NCBI GenBank assembly: GCA_046075565.1 | Contig: JBJTQJ010000052.1 | Span: forward strand, 75,912-139,911 | Reading direction: 5' to 3' | Source: Verrucomicrobiales bacterium | GTDB taxonomy: Bacteria > Verrucomicrobiota > Verrucomicrobiia > Verrucomicrobiales > SLCJ01 | DNA: 64,000 nucleotides | In this document: positions 47,482 to 57,681 of the stretch, in pieces | Position numbering within the stretch: the first letter of the stretch is position 1 | Layout: each line of letters starts with the position of its first letter | Position numbers and translations under genes: made by a program | The notes under the pieces: model-generated | The model's input: the letters and a program-made list of their open reading frames with translations, nothing else | Told to the model about the DNA's origin: nothing | Database searches by the model: none

Positions 47482-48921
47482 ATGCCTTTCCATTTCTTTA
47501 TAAAGCGGCAAGGCCGAGCGAGAGCCTCCCGGCCAAAATATCTGCCATTTTTCTCCGGCTTGCTCTGCCTCCCTCTTTTTATGTCTGTGTCTGCAGCGGC
47601 CCAGAACAAGGCAAAAGCCGATTGCCGAGCATCTTCGCCGCGATACACCCTCGTCGAATCGATTGACATTGCACCCGTGGTGTCCGATTTCCGGGTTGGC
47701 TTCGACCTGCTAACAACCTCCAGCCACCAGTTTGTCGCCTATTACGATGCCGAACGCCGCATGACGGTTTCCTCGCGCGCACTCGACTCCAAGGTTTGGA
47801 CCCACCAGGTGCTCCCGTCGAATGTGGGTTGGGATTCGCACAATTACATCACCATGGCTCTCGACCCGGATGGTCATCTCCATGTCTCCGGCAATCTCCA
47901 CTGCAATCCGCTTGTTTATTTCCGCACGCGGAAACCAGGCGACATCACGACATTACAAGCGGCTCCGATGACCGGCGAACTGGAGGATAAGGCCACCTAT
48001 CCGCAATTCCTTCACGACGCGAAAGGACGGCTTGTCTTCACTTACCGGCATGGCAGCTCGGGCAACGGGATCAACATCTACAACCTTTACGACACCGCGA
48101 CCCGCACCTGGTCGCGTATGCTGGATACGCCACTTTTCGACGGCGAGGGGCTGCGCAACGCGTATCCGAGCCTGCCGACCTTCGGGCCGGATGGATGGTT
48201 CCACACCCACTGGGTCTGGAGAGACACTTCCGACTGTGCCACCAACCAGCATCTCTCCCATGCGCGCAGCCGCGACCTCCTCCACTGGGAGTCGATTTTC
48301 GGACAACTGGTCAAACTTCCGATCCGCTTCGACCAGCGCGAACTGATCGTGGATCCGATCCCGAGCGGCGGCGGGATCATCAATGGCGGCCATCGGCTCG
48401 CCTTTGATTCGAACAAGCGGCCACTGTTGGCCTACCACAAGGCGGATAAAGAAGGGAACATGCAGATCTATGTCGCCCGCGCTGGCAAGAACTCGTGGGA
48501 AAGCCATGTTCTAACAGATTGGAACACACCCATTCCCTTCGCGGGCGGCGGGACCATGCCGTTCATCGGCATCGCCATCACCCGCTTCGAACAAATCGCC
48601 CCGGGTATCCTTGGCGTTGGCTACAACCACAAGGAACACGGCTCGGGACTCCTGCAAATCGATGAGCGCACCCTCCAGCGGGTGGACAAGGATATCAAGC
48701 CGCCCCCGTCACTTCCGCCCGAACTCAAACGCCGGACCAGCACCTTTCCCGGGATGGGTATCCAACGGATTTCCGAGACCGATAAAACCGGCGGAGGCTT
48801 CACCTATTTGCTCCAGTGGGAATCGCTCGAGGCCAATCACGACCGCCGACCGGAACCACCCCTGCCCGCACCGAGCATGTTGCGCCTCCACAAGCTGAAA
48901 CGCACGGCCGGCACGGAGTGA
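47482..48921 (+). CDS. BNR repeat-containing beta-propeller protein (BNR_4-like); start uncertain
   Basis: WDSHNYITMA, HVSGNLH, TYPQF, YRHGSSGNG, ARSRDLLHW. Confidence 0.8.
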   Translation: MPFHFFIKRQGRARASRPKYLPFFSGLLCLPLFMSVSAAAQNKAKADCRASSPRYTLVESIDIAPVVSDFRVGFDLLTTSSHQFVAYYDAERRMTVSSRALDSKVWTHQVLPSNVGWDSHNYITMALDPDGHLHVSGNLHCNPLVYFRTRKPGDITTLQAAPMTGELEDKATYPQFLHDAKGRLVFTYRHGSSGNGINIYNLYDTATRTWSRMLDTPLFDGEGLRNAYPSLPTFGPDGWFHTHWVWRDTSDCATNQHLSHARSRDLLHWESIFGQLVKLPIRFDQRELIVDPIPSGGGIINGGHRLAFDSNKRPLLAYHKADKEGNMQIYVARAGKNSWESHVLTDWNTPIPFAGGGTMPFIGIAITRFEQIAPGILGVGYNHKEHGSGLLQIDERTLQRVDKDIKPPPSLPPELKRRTSTFPGMGIQRISETDKTGGGFTYLLQWESLEANHDRRPEPPLPAPSMLRLHKLKRTAGTE

Positions 48922-48960
48922 AGAAGCGACACGGGGCCGATAACCCGTGGATACGGGCAT

Positions 48961-49004
48961 AAAAAAACCGATGGTCCGTCCGGGAAACGAACGAAACCAC
49001 CGGT
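48961..49004 (-). terminator. Intrinsic terminator
   Basis: ACCGGUGGUUUCGUUCG-UUUCC-CGGACGGACCAUCGGU followed by a U run on the minus strand. Confidence 0.7.
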
Positions 49005-49018
49005 GCGGAGAGCCGGCC

Positions 49019-49192
49019 TCATTCATCCGACTCGCTTACCTGGCCAAGGTATCGGTGGAGCGCCTCGCAAGTCTTGCGGCGCTCATGGCGGCGGGCTCGC
49101 GTCTTGGCGGCGCCATCGGAAAGGTCTTTTCCTTTACGGGAGAGCTTGCGGAAGCTCCCCATTCCTCCATTGGTGGTTTTGGTCAGGTCCAT
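49019..49192 (-). CDS. Small basic hypothetical protein (57 aa)
   Basis: A-rich leader before ATG, terminator right after the stop; KTRARRHERRK. Confidence 0.5.
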   Translation of the reverse strand: MDLTKTTNGGMGSFRKLSRKGKDLSDGAAKTRARRHERRKTCEALHRYLGQVSESDE

Positions 49193-49426
49193 TTTTTTTG
49201 TTGTTTTCGTGCCCGCCACCATGGCGGGACAAATTTCAGGATTAGCATGGAGTCTGCCAAAATAGCGAGAAAATTCATTGCGCGGATTTTCCGTCCTGCC
49301 ACAAATCCCCCAAGGACGGGGCGGGACTCCCCCGAATTCCCGGGGGAATTTTCATTTTCGCCCTTCTGGCACTTATCTTTGAACGCGGGGGGCCGCCGGT
49401 CTGGCGGGCATGGCCGGATTCCGGGC

Positions 49427-51262
49427 TCACGATTTGCCGCTGGCGCTTTTCTTGTTCTGGTCCACGAAGATCTGGATTTCCGCCTCGCGGGTGCCGAGGA
49501 CTTCCTGGGCGCGTTGGAGGGCATTGCGGGTGGAGACGTTCGGGTTGCCGGTGGAATGGATGAAGACATTTCTCCGGTCGAGGCGTTCAAGGGTTCCGGC
49601 GTTCCGGAGGACACGATAGACACTCTTCGTGACACCGGAGATGAGCAGGTGGCGCCCTTCCGCCGTGACGGCGTCCATCAACTCCTCGAGGGCGAGCACG
49701 CTGGTGGCGTCGAGGTTGCGGGCGTTGCGGAGGCGGAGGATGATCACCTTGAGCATCGGGTCCTGCATGCTGCGCTGGATCTGATTGCGGAAAAGATCGG
49801 CGGCTCCGAAGAAGAGGTCGCCTTCGACATGGACGATGGCGATGGCCGGAATTCGGCGGCTGGTGGTTTCGGTCAGCGCTCCTTCTTCGTTAAATTCGTA
49901 TTCGACCAGCTCGGGACGGGCGGCTTTCCTCAGGTAAAGCATGACGGAAACCGCGATGCCGGTGAAGATGGCGACGTAGAGCGGCACCAGCAGGGTGGCG
50001 AGCAAAGTGGCGACAACGGTGATGGCATCCGAGCCGGTGGCGCGCAAGCACACGCGGATCTGCCTGGGGTTGAACAATTTCCATGCCACGGCGATGACGA
50101 GACCAGCCAGCACCGCTTTCGGGATCCACCCGACAAGAGGACCGATGGCGAAGGCGAGGCCCCCGCAAATGAGGCCGTTGATGAGCATGCTCAAGCGGGA
50201 CTTGCCCCCGGCCGTGCGGGCGAGGGCGGTGCGGGTAAGCGAGCCAGAGGCTGGCAGCCCACCGACGCAAGCGCTGGCGAGGTTCGCCATGCCGAGGCCA
50301 TAGAAATCCTGGTCGAGATTTACCTTTTCCCCGCTGCGCCCGGCCATGCCCTTGACCGTGACCGAAGTCTCGAGCGAGGAAATGAACCCGAGGGCGAAGG
50401 CAAGCCCGAACAAGGCTCCGAGGTCGTCAAGAAGGTTGGGCGTGGGAACGGGCAACTTCGGGTGCAAATCGGAGGGCAAATAAGCACCCAGACGAGGCAA
50501 AGAGGCCACCATCGGCTGGAACATACCGACCCCTAGTGTCAACAAGGTGGCCACGAACATGGCGAGGGCAAAACACGGCCAGCGGGGCCGCCACCGGCTG
50601 AAGACTTCGTAAATGACCAAAGTCCCCGCGGCCACGCAGACGCTGGCCGGGTTTACTTCCGCCCATTTTTCCAAGAGCCGCCCGATCGTGCTGAAAAACG
50701 TGCGGGGAGCGACTTCACCGGGCCCGCTGAGGCTGATGGCAAACACGTCTTTCATTTGCGTGGCCATGATGAGCAGGGCGGCCCCGGAGAGGTAACCGAT
50801 CATCACGCTTCGGCTGATGTATTGCACCAGTTCGGCGACGTGGAGGAATGCTCCGGAAACAAAAATCACCCCCAGTAGCACGGCCAGCCAGGGCATGAGT
50901 TCGGCTTGGCGCATGCCAAGCGCGGGGTAGGTGGCGAAGAAGCTGAAGACGGTGAAAGCGGTGGCGTTGGTGGGGCCCAAGGCGACAAACCGCGACGCGC
51001 AGAACAACCCGGCCGCCATGGCGGCCACGGTGGCGCAGGCAATTCCTTGCGCCAGGCTCATGCCCGCGATGCTCGCGAAGGCCATGCCTTGTGGCAAGGC
51101 GAGAAGCGCCACGTTCAAGCCGGCGATGCCGTCCGCTTTCAAGTCCGCCCGCCCGTAACCAGACCATCCTTTGCGCGCGGGCAGCAAGTCCACCGTTTGT
51201 CCGGCGAAAAAGGCCCGGGCCTCGCGCCAAAGCAGCTTCAGTCTGGTTGTTCGTCTGGGCAT
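49427..51262 (-). CDS. SulP family inorganic anion transporter with STAS domain
   Basis: DLKADGIAG, LPQGMAFASIAG, GSLTRT, GDLFFGAA. Confidence 0.93.
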   Translation of the reverse strand: MPRRTTRLKLLWREARAFFAGQTVDLLPARKGWSGYGRADLKADGIAGLNVALLALPQGMAFASIAGMSLAQGIACATVAAMAAGLFCASRFVALGPTNATAFTVFSFFATYPALGMRQAELMPWLAVLLGVIFVSGAFLHVAELVQYISRSVMIGYLSGAALLIMATQMKDVFAISLSGPGEVAPRTFFSTIGRLLEKWAEVNPASVCVAAGTLVIYEVFSRWRPRWPCFALAMFVATLLTLGVGMFQPMVASLPRLGAYLPSDLHPKLPVPTPNLLDDLGALFGLAFALGFISSLETSVTVKGMAGRSGEKVNLDQDFYGLGMANLASACVGGLPASGSLTRTALARTAGGKSRLSMLINGLICGGLAFAIGPLVGWIPKAVLAGLVIAVAWKLFNPRQIRVCLRATGSDAITVVATLLATLLVPLYVAIFTGIAVSVMLYLRKAARPELVEYEFNEEGALTETTSRRIPAIAIVHVEGDLFFGAADLFRNQIQRSMQDPMLKVIILRLRNARNLDATSVLALEELMDAVTAEGRHLLISGVTKSVYRVLRNAGTLERLDRRNVFIHSTGNPNVSTRNALQRAQEVLGTREAEIQIFVDQNKKSASGKS

Positions 51263-51732
51263 GGCGATTCTTCCCCGCCGGGCAAGGTGACACCAAAGAA
51301 ATCCTGCATCACCTGCCGGTAAACCGGTTGTTTAAATTCGGGCAGCCATTCGAGCCGGAATTCATGGGGTGCGATCCATTTGAACGAGCGGAATTCGGGA
51401 TGGCTCGTCTTGAGGTTAATGTCGGCGTCGGTGCCGAGGAAGCGGCAGAGGTAGTAAGTCTGTTCTTGGCCGACATTGCGCCCGAAGCGCCGCATCGGTT
51501 TGGGGAACCGGTAACGGTATCCACCTTTCCGCATCACGATTTCGATCAGGCCCGGTCGCAAGCCGATTTCCTCGCCCAGTTCGCGCACGAGGGCATCGTC
51601 GGGATTTTCACCGCGATCCACGCCGCCTTGGGGAAACTGCCATGCGTTCCGATGGCGGATCCTTTCGGCAATAAGCAACCGGCCCTCGTGATTCACGAGA
51701 AGAGCGGCGACATTGGGGCGATAAATTTCCAC
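51238..51732 (-). CDS. NUDIX hydrolase, RppH-like RNA pyrophosphohydrolase
   Basis: YRPNVA, WQFPQGGVDRGE...RELGEEIG, GQEQTYY, FKQPVY. Confidence 0.88.
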   Translation of the reverse strand: MEIYRPNVAALLVNHEGRLLIAERIRHRNAWQFPQGGVDRGENPDDALVRELGEEIGLRPGLIEIVMRKGGYRYRFPKPMRRFGRNVGQEQTYYLCRFLGTDADINLKTSHPEFRSFKWIAPHEFRLEWLPEFKQPVYRQVMQDFFGVTLPGGEESPCPDEQPD

Positions 51733-51785
51733 GGCGAGATTTCTTCCTTCCTCTTTGGTCCGTTCATGGCATGATGGCAAGTGAA

Positions 51786-52262
51786 ATGCTTCGGATTCGG
51801 AGAATATCTTTCATTGGAGCGGCCATTTTTTTCGCGGTCTGGCTCGTTTGGTGGCTCCAACCCGAGCATCGGCTCCGCGCCAAGGCGGAAAATTTGCTCG
51901 AAGCCCTCGAGGATGCCGACCGCTCGGACCTCCAGAAATTGCTCGACTCCACCTACAGCGACCCCTGGCACGACAACCGTGACGAAGCCATCGGCAATGC
52001 CATCGAGGCGTCGAAACAATTCTACAGCCTCAAAATCACGCCGATGGACTACCGCGTTGCCACCGGAGCGGATTTTTCGGGCACGGTCAGTTTCCGCCCC
52101 CGCCTCGAAGGCGACGGAACCCCCGTCGCTCCGATGATCCGCGAACGCGTCGACCGACTTGACCAGCCTTTCACCTTGACGTGGCGTCGGCAACCATGGA
52201 AACCCTGGTCTTGGACGGTACACCGGGTGGAAAATCCATCACTCAAGTCGATCGATCGCTGA
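51786..52262 (+). CDS. Hypothetical membrane-anchored protein (possibly NTF2-like)
   Basis: N-terminal TM helix; LLDSTYSDPW. Confidence 0.6.
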   Translation: MLRIRRISFIGAAIFFAVWLVWWLQPEHRLRAKAENLLEALEDADRSDLQKLLDSTYSDPWHDNRDEAIGNAIEASKQFYSLKITPMDYRVATGADFSGTVSFRPRLEGDGTPVAPMIRERVDRLDQPFTLTWRRQPWKPWSWTVHRVENPSLKSIDR

Positions 52263-52298
52263 ATCCGCGCGATCGTCCGTCCGTGGCCGACTGTTGGA

Positions 52299-53783
52299 TC
52301 AGGTCAGCAAGTCGTGGATGACCTTGGCGGGCTCGACTCCTGTTAATTTGGCATCCAACCCTTGGTGTTTGAAGACAAAACGGGAATGATCGATGCCGAG
52401 TTGATGCAGCATGGTGGCGTGGAGGTCCCGCACGTGCACCGGATTTTCCACTGCATGGTAGCCGAAGTCGTCGGTAGCCCCATAGACCGTGCCCGGCTTC
52501 ACGCCGCCACCGCAGAGGAACATCGAGTAGCCTTTGATATGGTGGTCGCGACCATCGCCCTGGGCCATCGGGGTGCGCCCGAATTCGCCGCCCCAGATGA
52601 TGAGTGTATCTTCCAGCAGGCCCCGGCGCTTCAGGTCGCGGATGAGTGCGGTGCTGGCTTGGTCCACGAGTTTCGAGGCGGCGGCCATGCCCTTTTTCAC
52701 CTCTCCATGGTGATCCCAACCGCGGTGGTATAGCTGGATGAAGCGCACTCCGCGCTCGGCCAGCCGTCGGGCCATCAGGCAATTGCTGGCGAAGGTGCCA
52801 TCGCCGGGCGTGCCCCCATATTCGGCGAGCACTTTCGGATTTTCCGTCGAGAAGTCGGTGAGTTCCGGTGTCGCCATCTGCATCCGGAAAGCCAGTTCGT
52901 ATTGGGCGACGCGATCGGCGATTTCCGGATCATCAACGACCTTGGCGTGATCCTGGTTGAGCTGGCTGATGGCTTCGATCAACTCGCTCTGGCAAGGATT
53001 CGATACCCCATCGGGAGAGCCAACATAATACACCGGATCCCCGATGCTGTTAAGCTTCACCCCTTGGAACTTTCCGGGGAGGAAACCGCTCGCCCATTGG
53101 CGCGCGGAAATCGGTTGTGCTTGCCCGCCACCCTGACTGGTGAGCACGACGAAGCCCGGCAGGTTATCGTTCATCGAACCGATGCCATAGAGCAACCATG
53201 AGCCGATGCTCGGATAGTTCGGGCGGATGGTGCCGGTGTTGAAATACGTGTGGGCGGGATCGTGGTTGATCTGTTCCGTGACCATCGAACGGACCACACA
53301 AAGATCATCGGCGATGGTCTGGATGTGCGGGAAGAAATCGCTGATCTCGATGCCGCTTTGTCCACACTTCTGGAAGGTCGTCTGCGCCCTGAAGGCCTTG
53401 AGGGCCTTGCCCTGGAGCTGGGCGATCGGTTGACCCGCAGTGATGGATTCCGGCATCGGTTGGCCATCCTGGCGATCCAACTCCGGCTTGGGATCGAACG
53501 ATTCAAGGTGGCTCGGCCCGCCCGCCATGCAAAGGTGAATCACGCGTTTCACCTTGGGCAGGTGTGTGAGGAATGAGGGCAGATGAATGCCCGATGGGTC
53601 GAATCCGGAGGGCTTCGCCGCCAGCAAACGTGAGCCAGCCATGCTGCCGAGCGCGAGGGATCCCAAGGACCCAAAGGCACTCGTGAGGAACTTGCGGCGC
53701 GTCTGGCTCAACAAGCAGTTCTCGGCTTGCTCACGGGGCAGCAGCACTTTTTCGAGCCGGGGTTGGAAATGCGGAGAGTTCAT
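52299..53783 (-). CDS. DUF1501 domain protein
   Basis: Tat-like TRRKFL; MAGGPSHLESFDPKP, ARRLAERGVRF, WDHH, GEFGRTP, GRDHH. Confidence 0.95.
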   Translation of the reverse strand: MNSPHFQPRLEKVLLPREQAENCLLSQTRRKFLTSAFGSLGSLALGSMAGSRLLAAKPSGFDPSGIHLPSFLTHLPKVKRVIHLCMAGGPSHLESFDPKPELDRQDGQPMPESITAGQPIAQLQGKALKAFRAQTTFQKCGQSGIEISDFFPHIQTIADDLCVVRSMVTEQINHDPAHTYFNTGTIRPNYPSIGSWLLYGIGSMNDNLPGFVVLTSQGGGQAQPISARQWASGFLPGKFQGVKLNSIGDPVYYVGSPDGVSNPCQSELIEAISQLNQDHAKVVDDPEIADRVAQYELAFRMQMATPELTDFSTENPKVLAEYGGTPGDGTFASNCLMARRLAERGVRFIQLYHRGWDHHGEVKKGMAAASKLVDQASTALIRDLKRRGLLEDTLIIWGGEFGRTPMAQGDGRDHHIKGYSMFLCGGGVKPGTVYGATDDFGYHAVENPVHVRDLHATMLHQLGIDHSRFVFKHQGLDAKLTGVEPAKVIHDLLT

Positions 53784-53797
53784 GGCGTGGGCTTGGA

Positions 53798-56284
53798 TCA
53801 ATTTCGGGTGAGCGTCTCGTGCAGGTTGAGCATGGCGCGGCAGACCGCCGTCCACGAAGCAACTTCGATGGCGTCAAGATCCGTGGCCATCGGCGCTTCC
53901 CCCGCGCCCGCGAGTTTTTCGGCTTCGAGCGGTGAGGCCTTGTAACGAACACGCTGGTTTTCCAAAAGCCGGCCGAGCGTGGCCAGTTCATTGTCGGCGG
54001 GTGCCCTCGCGAGCACCAGCATGAACAGCTTCTCGAATCGCGCCGAATCGGTCGGCTCCTCGCGCACCAGACGGGCGGCGAGCACCCGGGCGGCTTCGAC
54101 ATACTCCGGACCATTCAGCGTGGCCAGTGCTTGCAATGGCGTCGTCGAGACCATCCGTTGTCCGGTGCAGGTTTCACGCGATGGCCCGTCGAAGGTCACC
54201 ATCATGGGATGCGGGAAGGTGCGCTGGATCCAAGTGTAGAGGCCGCGGCGATACAAATCGGGGCCCGTGCTGGTCGGATATTTCCGCGGCGGGAAATTCA
54301 GTGGCTCCCAATGCCCGTCGGGTTGATAGGGGAACACACTCTTTCCGCCGATGCGGCGATCCAACAATCCGGAAACCGCCAGCGCCTGATCGCGCACCGC
54401 TTCGGCGGGCAAACGCAACGCCGATTGGCGGGCGAAGAGATTTTCGTTGAACGGATCAATTTCAGCGAGGTCGGCACGATGGTCGGCGGACTGCCGATAG
54501 GCCCTGCTGGTGACAATCAATCGGATCATATGTTTCAGATCCCAATTCTTCTCCCGGAACTCGACGGCCAACCAATCGAGCAATTCGGGGTGACTCGGTG
54601 GCACTCCTTGGCTGCCCAGTTCGATGGCATTGGCGGAGATGGGTTTGCCGAAATAACGACCCCAGAGACGGTTCACGATGGCCCGCGCCGTGAGCGGGTT
54701 TTCTTCCGACACTGTCCACTTCGCGAGGTCGAGCCGGGTGAGGCGTTTCTCCTCAGTGGATTTCGGGCCACCGAGGAAGTCAGGCACGGCGGGTGCGGCC
54801 ACCTCGCCGGATTGATCCTGCCAGTTCCCGCGCGGCAAGACCCGGACGGTGCGCGGTTCGCCCCGCTGGCGGGAAATCAGCACATAGGGAATATTTTTCG
54901 CCCTCGCAAGTTCGGTCCGCTGATCGAGGATTTTTTTGAACTCCTCGCCGTACTCCGGCATTTTATCTCCAGGCAAAGGAGGAAGAGGATCACGGCTTCC
55001 AAAATACTCTTCCACCAGATAGGCATCGGGGTGTTTCTCGTGCATTGCCTTGTATTCCGCTTCAACCTTGGCCACCTCGGCGGCTTGTTGCTCGTTCTCC
55101 GGCAGGAAGTGGATGGGAGATTTGAGGCCGGCAAAGTTGCGCTCCGTGCTCACGATGGCCTGATCGATGTCCGCGAAGAATGCGGCCATGGTATAAAAGT
55201 CCCGCGTTGTGATCGGGTCGAATTTATGGTCGTGGCACTGGGCGCAAGACACGGTCGATGCCAGCCACACATCGCTGTAGTTCGCGACGCGGTCGGCCCG
55301 ATAGATGACCTCATACTCACGCGGCTGCGCGCCGCCTTCTTCGGTGTGAAGAGCAAGGCGATTGTAGGCGCTGGCCACGAGCATGTCTTTGGTTGGTTCC
55401 GGTTGCATCAGGTCTCCCGCCAGTTGCATGACCGTGAATTGATCAAATGGCAGGTTTTCGTTGAGCGAACGGATCACCCAATCGCGGTAAGGCCAAACGG
55501 AAATCGGATTGTCGCTGTGTTGTCCCGTGGTGTCTCCGTAACGAACAAGGTCGAGCCACCACACGGCGAGATGTTCACCGTAAGCGGTGTCCGCGAGGAG
55601 CGAATCAACATATCGTTCGTAAGCGCCAGGGGATTCGTCGGCCAGAAAGGCGGCGGTTTGCTCGGGTGTCGGCGGAAGCCCGGTGAGATCGAAAGTCACG
55701 CGCCGCAGGAGGGTGCGCCGATCCGCGGGCGGCGATGGTTTGAAGCCGAGTTTGTCGAGCTTCGCGAGAATGAAACTGTCGATGGGATTCTCTTTCCATT
55801 CCGGATTGGATACTCCGGGCATTGGCTCTTCCTCGGGTTTCACATAAGCCCAGTGGGGTTCGTAAGTGGCCCCCTCGTCGATCCAGCGCCCGAGCAATTC
55901 GATTTGTTCCGGCTTGAGAGCCTTGTGCGATTTGACCGGAGGCATCGGGTCGTCGCTGTCGAGCATCCTTCGCCAAGCTTCGCTCTTCTCGCGGTCTCCG
56001 GGCACGATGGCGGCGATGCCATCCCTCTTTTCCGTGGCCGCCTCGAAAAGATCCAAGCGCAGATCCTCTCCGCGATGCCTCGGGTCCGGGCCATGGCAGA
56101 AAAAGCAGTTCTCCGAGAGAATGGGCCGGATATCCTTATTGAAAGAAACCGGAGGCGGGGGAGCCGGAGGCGCGGTGACCACTTCGCCCATCGAGCCGGA
56201 ATCCTTCTTCACACCGCAGCCACCGAAAAAGATCGGGACAAGCGCGAGCAACGCGACGCGGAACGTTGGGGTGGACTTTTTCAT
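53798..56284 (-). CDS. PSD1 / planctomycete cytochrome c domain protein (DUF1549/DUF1553)
   Basis: CFFCHG, CAQCHDHKFDP, NPLTARAIVNRLW, PSHPELLDWLA, TPLQAL. Confidence 0.95.
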   Translation of the reverse strand: MKKSTPTFRVALLALVPIFFGGCGVKKDSGSMGEVVTAPPAPPPPVSFNKDIRPILSENCFFCHGPDPRHRGEDLRLDLFEAATEKRDGIAAIVPGDREKSEAWRRMLDSDDPMPPVKSHKALKPEQIELLGRWIDEGATYEPHWAYVKPEEEPMPGVSNPEWKENPIDSFILAKLDKLGFKPSPPADRRTLLRRVTFDLTGLPPTPEQTAAFLADESPGAYERYVDSLLADTAYGEHLAVWWLDLVRYGDTTGQHSDNPISVWPYRDWVIRSLNENLPFDQFTVMQLAGDLMQPEPTKDMLVASAYNRLALHTEEGGAQPREYEVIYRADRVANYSDVWLASTVSCAQCHDHKFDPITTRDFYTMAAFFADIDQAIVSTERNFAGLKSPIHFLPENEQQAAEVAKVEAEYKAMHEKHPDAYLVEEYFGSRDPLPPLPGDKMPEYGEEFKKILDQRTELARAKNIPYVLISRQRGEPRTVRVLPRGNWQDQSGEVAAPAVPDFLGGPKSTEEKRLTRLDLAKWTVSEENPLTARAIVNRLWGRYFGKPISANAIELGSQGVPPSHPELLDWLAVEFREKNWDLKHMIRLIVTSRAYRQSADHRADLAEIDPFNENLFARQSALRLPAEAVRDQALAVSGLLDRRIGGKSVFPYQPDGHWEPLNFPPRKYPTSTGPDLYRRGLYTWIQRTFPHPMMVTFDGPSRETCTGQRMVSTTPLQALATLNGPEYVEAARVLAARLVREEPTDSARFEKLFMLVLARAPADNELATLGRLLENQRVRYKASPLEAEKLAGAGEAPMATDLDAIEVASWTAVCRAMLNLHETLTRN

Positions 56285-56433
56285 TCGACTTGAACGGCTT
56301 GGTATTTCTCCCAAATTCGGCCCGAAGGCTCGTCTTATACGCCGCGGAACGCCCGCTCTTGCTCAAAAATCGGGGGAAATCGGGACAATCCCCGGACCGG
56401 AGCCCGGCGCCAACGGTTTCCGAAGACTTGTCG

Positions 56434-57609
56434 TCACAACCACTTCACTTCGGGTGGCATGTTGACGAATTTCCCGTCCATGCAGAATGGTTTGCCATCG
56501 AGGGTGACGGTGGATCCTTGGTCGAGTCCCGCGATGAGGTCCCAGTGCAGCGCGCTCTGGTTCGAGTTTCCGGTTTCCGGATACCCCGAACCGAAAGCGA
56601 GGTGGAAGGAGCCGCCCATTTTCTCGTCGAAGAGGATTTGTCCGGTCGAACGCGAGATGGCGCGGTTGGTCCCGAACGCGACCTCGCCAATCCGGCGCGC
56701 CCCCTCGTCTTGATCGAGCATGGAAATGAGGAAGTCCTGCCCCTCATCGGCCGTCACTTCGGTGGCACGGCCATTTTCCATGACGATGCGCGCATTGCGG
56801 ACAGCCCGGCCTTGGTAGACGCAACGTTTTTCGAAGACGACCACACCACTCGCGCCGCCATTCGGGGCTTTGAGATTGGGGCCGGAATAGACTTCGCCAT
56901 CGGGGAAGTTTTTACGCCCGGGGCTCGAGAGCCATCGCATCCCGGTGACATTCACTTTTAGGTCCGTGCCCAGTGGAGTGCGGAAATGTAATTCACTCCC
57001 GCTCATCAACTCTTCGGCGAGTTCACATTGCCACCGATCCAGTCCTTCCCAGAAGGCAACGGGATCCTCTTGCTCAAGTTGGCAGGCGCGAATCACGAAC
57101 CCGCAGTAATCGCGCAGGCTCATCCCGGCGTCCTGCGCATAAGCATTGGTGGGATACAGGGTGGTTGTCCAGAGCAACGGCTTGAGCGTGGAATCAATCG
57201 ACGGATCATCCGCCACCGCCGCCCGCTGGTAGAACAACTCGCGACTCGCCCGATCCGCCCGCGCAGCCCGTTGCATGATCTTTGGATCGAACTTATCCAA
57301 GGCCCGGAGATTGGTGGAAGCGCTGAGATTGATGGTAGCCTCGACGGTTTCCGCATCGAAACGGGCAAAAGGACTCGCCCAGTCCAACTGGTGCTCCTGA
57401 GCCAGCTCGTAAAATGCCTCGCCGAGAAATTCCGGACGGCAGTTCACCACAGGCAAGCCGCCCGCAATGATCACTTTCCGGTAAACCGCTTCCAGCAAAA
57501 GTTCGGCAGCCGGTTGCGCCGTGATACGCACAATCGTTCCCGGCTGCACATTGGTGGCATGCCGGACAAGAACTTCGGCCCAGCGGTCGATATGGAGATG
57601 ATTCAACAT
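56434..57609 (-). CDS. M29 aminopeptidase (AmpS/PepS-like)
   Basis: NFPDGEVY, GEVAFGTN, LFDEKMGGSFHLAFG, SALHWDLI. Confidence 0.93.
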   Translation of the reverse strand: MLNHLHIDRWAEVLVRHATNVQPGTIVRITAQPAAELLLEAVYRKVIIAGGLPVVNCRPEFLGEAFYELAQEHQLDWASPFARFDAETVEATINLSASTNLRALDKFDPKIMQRAARADRASRELFYQRAAVADDPSIDSTLKPLLWTTTLYPTNAYAQDAGMSLRDYCGFVIRACQLEQEDPVAFWEGLDRWQCELAEELMSGSELHFRTPLGTDLKVNVTGMRWLSSPGRKNFPDGEVYSGPNLKAPNGGASGVVVFEKRCVYQGRAVRNARIVMENGRATEVTADEGQDFLISMLDQDEGARRIGEVAFGTNRAISRSTGQILFDEKMGGSFHLAFGSGYPETGNSNQSALHWDLIAGLDQGSTVTLDGKPFCMDGKFVNMPPEVKWL

Positions 57610-57681
57610 GCCTGAGCTATAGTCGGCATCGCGACTCTTGTCACGTGACGGTTGATGAAATCTCCACCCGTTTCGCCACGG

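Noticed and set aside
54131-56293. 720-aa plus-strand ORF
   Set aside because: Antisense shadow of the PSD1/cytochrome c gene
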